From positions 12,276,001 through 12,340,000 of the forward strand of contig OX597841.1 in the NCBI GenBank assembly GCA_951406725.2: a DNA stretch of 64,000 bases. The letters are read 5' to 3'. Shown piece after piece: positions 30,141 to 41,649 of the stretch. This DNA comes from Octopus vulgaris. Its lineage: Eukaryota. The notes beneath the pieces are model-generated. The model made no database searches, was not told where the DNA came from, and saw only the letters and a list, made by a program, of their open reading frames with translations. The position numbers and the translations under genes were made by a program. The stretch's first letter is position 1; every line of letters starts with the position of its first letter.

Positions 30141-31385
30141 ATACGTTATGTGTGGGTGTGTGTTTATGGGTGGCCTTGTCTTGATGTCACCTGGGTGGTT
30201 GTAAACAAGCATCACCATCACATAGTGGTGTTGTTTGTTTCTAGTCTTGCATGAAAAACATGCCTGGTCACAGGAAAATATTGCTTTGCTTAGAAACAGG
30301 TGAAGTTTGGTGACAGGAAAAGCATCCACCTGTAGAAAATCTTCCCCCAACAAATTCCATCTGACCCCTACATGCAAGGAAAAGTGATATTAAATGATGA
30401 TGATGGTGACATGTCTACCAACTGTTAAACCTGTTGAGAGACAAACAAAATTCTTTGTGCTCGATCTTCAAGCTAATTATGTCCCAAATTCAAACCCTGA
30501 TGAGGCAAACTTTGTCTTTATCCATCAACAATTAATAAAATAAGGTCCCCAGTCCCATGCTGGAGTCGGTCTCGTTGACTGTACCTTCCCCTTACACTTC
30601 AAACCTTGGGTCAATCTCAGTAATCAAGATACCTACCACCATGGGCCTTGCTTTTTAAATTATGGAAATGCTTACTTTATACAGAATTTAAGTGTTCGGG
30701 AAATCTACAAATGTTTTAGAAAATCTGTTATTCATAATCTAGTTTAAACAATTATTTTTAATTAAATACACAATCAATATTAATTAATCTCCTTTTACAT
30801 CTTTGATTTTAAGTAATCTATTTTTATGTAATTATTTTTAATTAAATGCACAATTACTATTAAGTAGTTTTAACACAATTTTTATTAGTTAAATACAAAA
30901 TCATTATTAATTAATTTTCTTTATTCAATTATTAATTAATCTATTATTTTCTATGCTGTTTTTTATTTTTTTTAATTCAAAACAGTTGAGTTTTTTTGTT
31001 TTTACTTTTTAACTTTCCCTGTAAAATGGACCCATTTCTTGTGTATTGGGAATATGAAGTGCCGTTATCCCAGGGTGTAGAATTGGGGGAGTTCTGGGGT
31101 CAACATAACTTTATTGTGACTGTTTATGTTGATTTTTAAATGTTACCAAAGTTAAGGGTAGCTTTTATCTTTTTAGAATAGATCCAATAAGTCTAATTAT
31201 CTGAGCCACACAGGTTATAGTAAACAGTACAAATTTTAGCCATTAGTGTGCTATGTAATCTACCAAGTGGACATTTGTAGATAATTGACTTGTTTATTTT
31301 TAATGAAGAGAAAAACAGAAAATGAGTTTTTTGTGAAATGTAGAGAGAACTGAGGAGATAGATAGATAGATAGAGAGAGAAACAG

Positions 31386-31445
<60 letters not shown>

Positions 31446-31841
31446 TCATCATCATCATTATCATCGTTTAATGTCTGTTTTCCATGCTGGTATGGGTTGG
31501 ATGGTTTGAGAGAGGTCTGGAGAGCCAGCAGCTGCACCAGGCTCCACTCTGGTCTGGCAGAGTTTCTTACAGCTGAATGCCTCTCCTAATGCCAACCACT
31601 CTGAGAGTGTAGTGGGTGATTTTTACATTCCACCAGCACAGGAGCCACACAGGCGGACCAGGCACCAATCATGTTGGATAGTGCTTTTTACATGCAACTG
31701 GCACGGGAGCCAGTCAGTGGGTACTGGCATTGACCACTTTCGGATGGTGCTTTTTACGTGCCACCGGCATGGGAGCCAATCAGGTGGACCTGGCACTGAC
31801 CATGTTAGAATGATGCTTTTTATGTGTCACTGGCACATATA

Positions 31842-32666
31842 CAGGGTGTGGTGAACAAACTGTCATCTAAATTATGTAAAATTGAAAATAACACTGACAT
31901 CTCATTTTAACAGATACATTTACCAAAATTACCTAAAAATATCTTGAAATACTAAAGAGTAAATTTACTCAATAAAATTGCCATTGGCTTCAACCATGGC
32001 CTCCAGACGACTTCAGAATTTCTTGCAACTCTTCTTGATGGTCTCCTTGTTTAAGTTGGTGAATGCTGTCATAATCCTTGACTTCAGTTCATCTTTGGTG
32101 ATATAACTGCACCCCACACATAATAATCAAGGGGATTGCAGTCTGGGGAGTTAGGTGGCCAGATGTTAGGGGTGATGTGGTCACAGAAATAGTCTGATAA
32201 TCACGACTGGGTTCTCCTGCTTGTGTGGCATGGTATAGAGTCCTGTTGCCAGACATAGGGTGTTCTAGCAGCCAGCCTCTTGACCCAGGGCAGCACTTCC
32301 TCCTCCAGGCAATTGATGTAAGCATTTGTGTGGAGTCTGAGGCTGTGTGGGAAGATGAATAGAGGCATAACGTTGCCATCACTAGTGATCACTCCAGACA
32401 TCATGATATTGACTGCATGTTTGATTTTTATCACTCTCAGTACATGTCCTCACATTGACACCCAAACACTCTGAAATATACGTATTGGAGCTTCTAGTGT
32501 AAATGCCAAGCAGTATAGCTTGTTGTTTCCAAATTTCTGGCAGAGTGAACTGCATCATGGTGCCCAACTGACCCTACTATACTGTGTAGTCAACAAAATC
32601 AAAAACAAAGAATGCGCATGCACAAAATTAAAAATAAAATGGTGACAATTTACCCATCGCACTCTG
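31842..32666 (-). mobile_element. Internally deleted DD37D (maT-type) Tc1/mariner transposon
   Basis: Imperfect TIRs (CAGGGTGTGGTGAACAAACTGTCA versus CAGAGTGCGATGGGTAAATTGTCA) flanked by TA. The transposase remnant YVWQQDSIPCHT..WPPNSPDCNPLDYYVWG has 37 residues between the catalytic Asp residues. Confidence 0.88.
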
Positions 32667-33642
32667 TATGTATATACTCACACATACATACAGAGAGAGA
32701 CATGCTATTCCACATGTTAATGTTTAAACCATCCAAAATATTTCAATTAACTGACCTTATTGGATTTATCTCCCTTGTTTGTCTTTTTAAAATTTCATCA
32801 CTTATAGAGGGTATTTTTGTCTACTAATTGTTTGGATAATAATTCCGATTTGTCCAAGTCACATATCTTGTTATATTAACCATATATTATACTATTTTGT
32901 AATTGCTTTATCGAAACTACTGTATATTTTGGTAATTAGAGGTTTATTTAGCTACTATTTCTAGCTGGAACAGTAAGCACAGAGGTTAATATCTAACAAT
33001 CCTGTTACTGGTGTGTCATGTGGTTGGATGGTTAAGAAGTTTGCTTTGCAACCACAAGGTTCCAAGTTCAATCCATCCTGATCAAATGTCATTTTTACAG
33101 CCTTTGGTTGACCCCTATCTTGTAAATGGAGCAAGGGAAACTGTATGGAAGCATGCTGTGCAGATTATATATGTAATTCAAAAGGTATGGCCTTGTCATA
33201 CATTGTATCCTGCTTCTTTGGCCCGAATACAAGTGTCTCTGGTATACTCAGCCAGTTATATGTTAATTGAGGGGCAGGTAATTCAATTGGTTGATGGAAA
33301 TTTTGTGGGTAGAGAAAACGGTTGCTGAGTCTACATGGAGAACTATCAAAAAATGTGAATAAGGACTGGGGGAAAAAAAGTAATGAAACAAGATCCTTCA
33401 AAGACTCCCATTACTGAGCCCAATGCGGTCAGCAGTATCCCTTCTCCCCTCAAAGAAGTACTGAAAACAAGTGCTTCTTTACACCCCCCCCCCACACACA
33501 CACATTGTAGAAAATGGAGAAAAAACAATGATGAGGGTAATATACTAACAATGAGACATGTGCCTCTGTGTGACACCGTGTCATTGTGCCACGGCAGAGG
33601 GTCTAGTGCTTCCATCTCTGACACAATGTTATTTTGCTACAG

Positions 33643-33737
33643 GAACAAACGATGCCAAAGTCATTGAGCTGCTGAGCAGATATAATTACAATCAGAGGCA
33701 GGAGATGATGCTGGCCTACGACAAGAAGTACAACAAG
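33643..33737 (+). CDS. Annexin coding exon (repeat 1)
   Basis: ctacag|(G)TNDAKVIELLSRYNYNQRQEMMLAYDKKYNK|gtaac, 95 nt. Confidence 0.95.
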
Positions 33738-33953
33738 GTAACCATTGTGCTGGTGGTGGGCAATGTGTGCAGTTGTAGAAGATGGGTGTTGGGGTATGTA
33801 TGTGTGGATAAATGTACGGATGGGTACGCAAGAGAGTGTTTCTATATCCGTGCGAATGTATCTGTGTATGTTTGTGTTGAAGTATTGTGTGTATGTATCT
33901 ATGTTTGTGTGTTTATGTGTATGTATTATGTATGTGGATGAGTGTGAATATAT

Positions 33954-33987
<34 letters not shown>

Positions 33988-34022
33988 GATATATATATAT
34001 ATATATATATATGATGTATATA

Positions 34023-34054
<32 letters not shown>

Positions 34055-34064
34055 GATGTATATA

Positions 34065-34102
<38 letters not shown>

Positions 34103-34108
34103 TATATA

Positions 34109-34152
<44 letters not shown>

Positions 34153-34219
34153 TATATATACCACAAGAGCCATGCTGTGATTTGAACCTTCTACCTCTCT
34201 TTCTACCCTGTTGTTCCAG

Positions 34220-34333
34220 GCCATGGTAAGTGATGTAGCAGCTGATCTCAGTTTCCGTTATAAAGACACGGCTGTTGCCCTCCTCACTGAACCTGTTCTC
34301 TATGATGTCAAAGAACTGCGGAAAGCAATGAAG
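34220..34333 (+). CDS. Annexin coding exon (repeat 1/2)
   Basis: ttccag|AMVSDVAADLSFRYKDTAVALLTEPVLYDVKELRKAMK|gtgag, 114 nt. Confidence 0.95.
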
Positions 34334-34868
34334 GTGAGTTGACTGTGTTTCACACGTCAGACATGTCTGTGTGTCCATGTGTTTGTGTGGCTTTGTTGTT
34401 GTTGTTTAAACTCAGGTCAGCCCTGATCCCACAGACTTATGATCGAAGATGTTCCAACCAAAGCCACACCATCTTTTATTCAGACAGGAGTGTATCTAGG
34501 ACTACATTATCTAATGTGTCCTTCCTTCTTGTATTTTAACCCCGAGGCCAGTTCTGATGCACTTCACCTCTGATCAAAAACAATCCAACTGTGACCATTC
34601 CATCTTTTTGTATATATTAGTGAAGGTGTTGGATCAAATGTGGAGTTCTGCATTTAAGATTCATCTATGATTTGAGGGAGATTTGGCTGTTATTTTTAGC
34701 AAAGGGAGCCATTGTAAAGAGGGTTTCCTAATTTTGAGAGGTCACATGATCTACTTGGTCACTTAATTCCCTGTGATAGGTCACATGACCTATCCCATGT
34801 CTTTATGACCCTAACAGATCACATGATCTCCCCCAACATGTCCCATGATCTATTTTATCTTTTCACAG

Positions 34869-34959
34869 GGTTTAGGCACTGACGAAACCACACTCATCGA
34901 GATCATCTTCTCTCGTGATCCTGAAAGAATGGCGGCCATTAAACAACGATATTCTGTTG
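34869..34959 (+). CDS. Annexin coding exon (repeat 2)
   Basis: tcacag|GLGTDETTLIEIIFSRDPERMAAIKQRYSV|gtgagt, 91 nt, with the canonical KGLGTDE motif. Confidence 0.96.
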
Positions 34960-35300
34960 GTGAGTAAAATGTCATCACGACCCCAACCCCCCCAGCCTCA
35001 AATGCATTGTTTTTCTGTCTGTTTGTAAAATAGACACATCCTCCTCCTCCTCATCCTCATCAACATTATTTAATGTTTGTCTTCTGGGCTGATTTCATTT
35101 AATTGGAGGTTTCAACAAGATTCCAGAAGTCAAAGGATCACTTCATGCTACAGTGCCTTCTTTCGACTGTGGGCCCCGGGTGAGATCAGCTTACAACTTG
35201 TAAGACTGAAAGGTCTTAACGAATTCCTACACCCCCCCATCACCCCCCCCCCCACCGTTAACATTAATTACTAATAAGTAATTGCTGTTGCTTTTTGTAG

Positions 35301-35455
35301 AATATGAAGTCAGTCTTGAAGAAGACATTTCTGGTGACTGCAGCGGCCATTTTCGACATTTGCTTTTGTCTCAGGTGAGCGGAACTCGAGAACAAACCAG
35401 GAAAGAAGATGTCGACCTGGGACTCGCACAGCAGGACGCTACTTCTCTTTACAAA
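35301..35455 (+). CDS. Annexin coding exon (end of repeat 2 and linker)
   Basis: ttgtag|(E)YEVSLEEDISGDCSGHFRHLLLSQVSGTREQTRKEDVDLGLAQQDATSLYK|gtagg, 155 nt. Confidence 0.93.
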
Positions 35456-35579
35456 GTAGGTAACACTGGTGTTCTTAATGCAATTATTGATTCAGTTATT
35501 ATTGTTGCAAAGATGAGGTCATTGGCACTCATCTTTGAGGTAGCCTGTAGAAGGGTATCATAAAAGTGGTAGGCCCGCT

Positions 35580-36130
35580 TGTGGGGTGTAGGCAGAGATA
35601 ATTGTAGCTATACTATTCTGCAGGACTAGCCTGAGCTTAAGCACTCTATTGCACATCCTGACTACCTTTATGACCTTATCCACCCATTTCTGCACAAGGA
35701 GTATGCCTACACCCCATACTGCATCACAGTTACCTTCCCAGAAGATTTTTACCTATGTGCCTTGCCTGTGAGGACCCTGGCTGAAGCTCCTCTCCACCTC
35801 ACCTCTTGCATGCAGCATACATCAACACACCTCCATTCAAGTATCTCTACCATCTCACTAGACCTACATTTCAGAGTGCCTACATTGACAGTGCCAACTC
35901 TAAAAACTGGGAAAGGAATGTGGGAGGAGATATGGGGAGGGGAGATGTTGTTCAGTACCTGAAAAGAAGGTTTCCGTGTTCATTTGATAGACATGCAACA
36001 CCTGTTCTCACTCTCGACCTGTCATCATTCAAACATTCAAGCATGTTAAGATTGCTATTTCTGCTGGGGGTAGGAATAGGTGTTAGTGGCATTGTGAATA
36101 TAAGCATTATGGACATCGTAAAAACGTAAA
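35580..36130 (-). mobile_element. 5' fragment of the RTE LINE family inside an annexin intron
   Basis: Reverse-complement homolog of ~2740-3310 (APE N-terminus and upstream region). Confidence 0.85.
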
Positions 36131-37455
36131 TTTAAGCATTACTGGTGTTGCAGATATAAGTAAGTAAATCAATGAAGATAGACAAAGGAGAATATGAAAA
36201 TCAATATGCTAATTTTAGATTAAGAAGGTGGGCAGCTAAACTACTTGCATTTGTCCCAGGGGAGAGAGGGAGAAGAAATTGCAGGTATGAAAGCGGATAC
36301 CACCAGTGATGGAGGAGTTTCAGGTGAGAGAAAAGAGGAACAAATATGCCACCCACACACAAGAACAAGAACACACGCACACACACACACACAGACAAGA
36401 ACAAGCACACACACACACACACAGACAAGAACAAGCACACACACACACACACACAGCCCATTTGCTTTCTCTTTCCACTTAAAAACGTCCATGGAAATTA
36501 CCAAGTAGTTTGTTGACAAATTTTGGGTAAAAACAAAAGATAGCTGATTAAATAGGTGGGCAGCTAAATTAATAGCATTTGTCCAGGGCTGGAGAGAGAG
36601 AGAGGAGATTACAGGTATGATAGAGGATATCACCTGTGAAGGAGGGTGTTTCCGGTGAGAAAAGAGAGATATCCAGTGCTCATATATTATATTTAAATGA
36701 TAAGCTTCTGGAAAGTTTTGCAGATTTTTACAGTATGTATGTATGTATGTATGTATGTACATGCACACACACACATATACATATATCTATGTATGTATCT
36801 ATGTCTTTCTACCTATCTGCCTGCCTACTTACTTACCTACAGACAGACAGACAGACGTATGAATGTAATTATATGCATTGTAAAGGTGAATTTCCCCGTG
36901 GTTAGGGTGTTGTACTCATGATCTCAAGACCCTGGTTTCAATGCCTGTGCATTGTGTTCTTGGGCAAAACACTTCATTTCACATTGTTCCAGTCCACTCA
37001 GCTGTAAATGGATAACCCTGCGACAGAGTGGAATCCCATTCAGGGGCAATGGGCTGTCATCATTCAAAAGCCACAATAATGTGAGGAAATGCATTGTGGC
37101 TAGCATTACATAACAATATCTGATAGACTGGCTGATACAACGATATATATATGCAGGAGTATATGCATACACACACACACACACACACACAAGACGCTTC
37201 CATACAGTTTCTATTCACCAATTTCATTCAAAAGACACAGATCAGTTGCAAGTTTGAGTGGGACTGAACCTGAGATCATTAGTTTGTACAGCAGACATCA
37301 CAACCACTTAGCCATGACATCTCCAATCAATGTGCAATGCCTTCCTTTCTGGCCCCTTTGTGTCCCAAATAACTCCATTTTGAAAATTTGTGATATTTTT
37401 TTAATGAAATTAATCTCTCAAAACCTGATTAAAATTTTGTGTGAATGTTTTTTAG

Positions 37456-37633
37456 GCTGGAGAGGGCAAATTGGGGACAGATGAGAAGAAATTTAATGCC
37501 GTGTTGGCTGGTCGCAGTTTTCCCCACCTCTTCCAGGTTATGAAGTTCTACCGTGAAAAGGTAGGCCATGATTTGGAACACGCAATACGTTCTGAGACCA
37601 GCGGAGACCTGAGAGATGCTTATTTAGCCATTG
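37456..37633 (+). CDS. Annexin coding exon (repeat 3)
   Basis: ttttag|AGEGKLGTDEKKFNAVLAGRSFPHLFQVMKFYREKVGHDLEHAIRSETSGDLRDAYLAI|gtaag, 178 nt. Confidence 0.96.
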
Positions 37634-38012
37634 GTAAGGACATTCATCATTTTGTTGGCTGACAGAGCTACGTGTGTGAGGGGGGGGGGGGGCTGAGCAA
37701 CTGCAAACATTAACTCATTTGGAAACTAAGTTTTATTATTTTGATATTTACTGGTTTCAGTCAATGGATTGTGACCAGACTGGAGCAACGTCCCTTTCGA
37801 GAGGGTTTACTTGCAAATATGAAAGTAGTTTTGTTTCATTTGTCTTTTTTATTGATCCCAAAGCAGTTGGGCACAAAGGGAGATAATTCAAACAAATATT
37901 GTTTACAAGACACACTTTTCCAGTTGGTCGGTTTTTCATCTCTTTGTCAAAGGAGAGAATCATCTTGCAAGGAATCAATTTTTTAAAAACATTTTTCCTT
38001 AGTGAGTGGAAT

Positions 38013-38174
38013 GGTGTAGGAGTGGCTGTGTGGTAAGTAGCTTGCTACCGAACCACATGGTTCTGGATTCAGTCCCACTGCATGGCACCTTGGGCAAGTG
38101 TCTTCTACTCGGGCCAACCAAAGACTTGTGAGTGGATTTAGTAGAAGGAGACTGAAAGAAGCCTGTCGTATATA

Positions 38175-38205
<31 letters not shown>

Positions 38206-38417
38206 GTTTGTGTGTCTGTGTTTGTACCCCCAACATCACTTGACAACCGATGCTGGTGCATTTACATCCCCATAACATTAGCGATTTGGCAAAACAGATT
38301 GATAGAATAAGTACTAGGATTACAAAGAATAAGTCCTGGGGTCGATTTCTTCAACTAAAGGCGGTGCTCCAGCATGACCACAGTCAAATGACGGAAACAA
38401 GTAAAAGAGAAAAGAGA
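38013..38417 (+). mobile_element. Full-length tRNA-derived SINE with internal microsatellite
   Basis: A/B-box-like head, central ccttgggcaagtg core, (TG)n spacer and shared 3' tail. Further copies at ~39010-39372 (+), 39770-40172 (-) and 43850-44066 (-). Confidence 0.88.
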
Positions 38418-38658
38418 ATCAGAGAGTGAAGTAAAAGGAATAAAATAATTATTTTCATTGAATTTTGATAAAATTTTATTTCCTAAAATTTTTTTCAAAT
38501 CAAAGAGTTGTTTAAATTTGCTTTCCTTTCATTCAAGTTGGGTCTCGTCAGGATAATAAGATTTGGAATTTAGGGTCAGTTAAACATTGCATTATATTAA
38601 ATTAAATTGATAAGATGATTAAAATTAAGCGATTCATACATACATTCATACAAATAAG

Positions 38659-38726
<68 letters not shown>

Positions 38727-38813
38727 TGTGTTTACATGTATGTCTCCATGTGTGTGTGTGTGGGGAGGGGTGTTTATCCCATAAAGTTAACCCTGCCATG
38801 TTCTCTGTTTCAG

Positions 38814-38926
38814 CTGCCATGGCCCGAGGAACTCCGACGTTGTTTGCTCAGCACCTTTACAAATACACAAAAGGACTCGGCACTAATGACTCTAATTTAA
38901 TCCGAGTCATCGTTAGCAGATGCGAA
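38814..38926 (+). CDS. Annexin coding exon (repeat 4, first half)
   Basis: tttcag|(A)AMARGTPTLFAQHLYKYTKGLGTNDSNLIRVIVSRCE|gtaagt, 113 nt. Confidence 0.96.
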
Positions 38927-38954
38927 GTAAGTATGGAAACATGAACATGTATAC

Positions 38955-38995
<41 letters not shown>

Positions 38996-40455
38996 TATAC
39001 ACACACACGCATGCAGTAGTGGCTGTGAGGTTTGTACTTTGCTTACCAACCACATGGTTCCAGGTTCAGTCCCACTGCATGGCACCTTGGGCAGGTGTCT
39101 TCTACTTTAGCTTCAAATTAACCAAAGCATTGTAAGTGGATTTAGTAGATGGAAACTGAAAGAAGCCCATTGTATGTGTGTGTGTGTGTGTCTCCCCACC
39201 ATTGCTTGACAACTGATGTAGGTGTATTTATGTCCTTGTAAATTAGTGGTTCAGCAAAAGAGACCGATAGAATAAGTACTAGGCTTACAAAAAATAAGTC
39301 CTGGGGTCAAACTGTTCAACCAAAGGTGGTGCTCCAGCATGGTCACAGTCAAATGACTGAAACAAATAAATGAATAAAATATATATTACCTTACTAGCAA
39401 TTGTGCTGGTGGCGTGCAAAAAAAAACATTTGAGTGAGGTCGTTGCAGTACTGCTGGACTGGCTCCTGTGCAGGTGGCACATAAAAAGCACCATTTGAGA
39501 GTGGCCGTTGCCTGTACCACCTGACTGGCCCTTGTGCCAGTGACACGTAAAAGCACCTACTACGCTCTCGGAGTTGTTGGCGTCAGGAAGGGCATCCAGC
39601 TGTAGAAACTCTGCCAGATCAAGACTGGAGCCTGGTGCAGCCATCTGGTTCGCCAGCCCTCAGTCAAAACCGTCCAACCCATGCTAGCATGGAAAGCAGA
39701 TTTTAAATGATTATGATGATGATGATGATATATTATAAATTTATGTGTACATACATACGTGTGTATATATCTCTTTTACTTGTTTCAGTCATTTGACTGT
39801 GGCCATGCTGGAGCACCATCTTTAGTTGAGCAAATCAACCCCAGGACTTATTCTTTGTAAGCCTAGTACTTATTCTATCAGTCTCTTTTACCAAACCACT
39901 AAGTTACAGGGACGTAAACACACCAGCATTGGTTGTCAAGCGATGTTGGGGTGACAAACACAGGCACACAAACATATACACACACACATACATATATATA
40001 TACATATATATGACAGCTTCTTTCAGTTTCCGTCTACCAAATCCACTCACAAGGCTTTGGTCAGCCCAAAGCTATAGTAGAAGACACTTGCCCAAGGTGC
40101 CATGCAATGGGACTGAACTCAGAACCATGAGTTTCGTAAGCAAGCTACTTACCACACAGCCACTCCTATGCCTGTTGGTATGTATATATCTGTGTATGTA
40201 TATGTGTGTGTGTATGTATGTATATATATCATCATCATCATCATCATCATCGTTTAACGTCCGTTCTCCATGCTAGCATGGGTTGGACGGTTCGACCGGG
40301 GATCTGGAAAGCCAGAAGGCTGCACCAGGCTCCAGTCTTATCTGGCAGTGTTTCTACAGCTGGATGCCCTTCCTAACGCCAACCACTCCGTGAGTGTAGT
40401 GGGTGCTTTTTACGTGCCACCTGCACAGGTGCCAGGCGAGGCTGGCAACGGCCAC

Positions 40456-40495
<40 letters not shown>

Positions 40496-40669
40496 CATGC
40501 ATATATGTATGTCTGTATATATATATGAATTTATGTATATAATTTATGTATATAAATGTGTGTGTGTATAGGTGGAGGCCTGCCTTTATAGTTAAGGTAC
40601 TTGCCTGACAACAATGTGGTTTCAAGCACAATTGGCTAAGGAGGAATCAGGAATGAGGAGGGAAAGATA

Positions 40670-40857
40670 AACAGGGTGCAAGCGTGGAATAAACTGCCTG
40701 CATCAGTTGTTGACTGCCATGACACTGCATCCTTTAAGGCCCTCATGCTTCCCGAAATCCGTCGAAACTACACCTGATTATATATACACTTTAGATGAGT
40801 TGTAGTGCACCTGAGCACTGTACACAATTATTATTATTATTATTATCATTATTATTA
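40670..40857 (+). mobile_element. CR1-like LINE 3' end
   Basis: AWNKLPASVVDCHDTASFK motif followed by a (TTA)n tail. Confidence 0.6.
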
Positions 40858-41440
40858 TGAAGAGGACTGGAAGAAGATGTATTTGGGTTCACTGGGGTGA
40901 GGTGTGTGAATTAATGCTACAAATGGGTGGAATTGACAGCCCTTCCAGGACTCAGTTTCAAGACGGTGGGCATGTCCTCTCAAGAACTTCTTATCACCAA
41001 ACATCTCAATCTGTTGTCAGCTCCTCTGTGGCACCCAACGTTTTAAGATTGACTGCCCCACTACCTCACTGCATATCCTCCTGGGCCACACTCTCTCTGT
41101 CTCCCTGTTTCTCTCTCTCTCATATTTATATAAAATCAGCAACAGAGACAGGTATTAATAGTGAGAGATAATATTTATATCCCCACTTCGGCATGGATAT
41201 TCTGTTGGAACAAACGTTACTGAAGCAAATACTATGGCTCTTTGGTGGAAAATGCCCTCTTGTTTATATCATGAGGGGTGGGGAGATAAGTCCCCGCCAC
41301 CTCCAACACTGAGACCATCAGGTCACTTGATTTTGACCGTCCTTAGTTTTGTCAATGATGGACTCATACATATATATTTACATGTACATATATGCATAAC
41401 ATGTAATCATTCATGCATATCTATCTACATATACATCTAT

Positions 41441-41545
<105 letters not shown>

Positions 41546-41649
41546 GAGACAGAGAGACAGAGAGAGAGAGAGACAGAGACAGATAGAAGGATAGATAGAC
41601 AGATGGATAGATAGATATGCATCTATCTATATATATGATGGATAATAAA

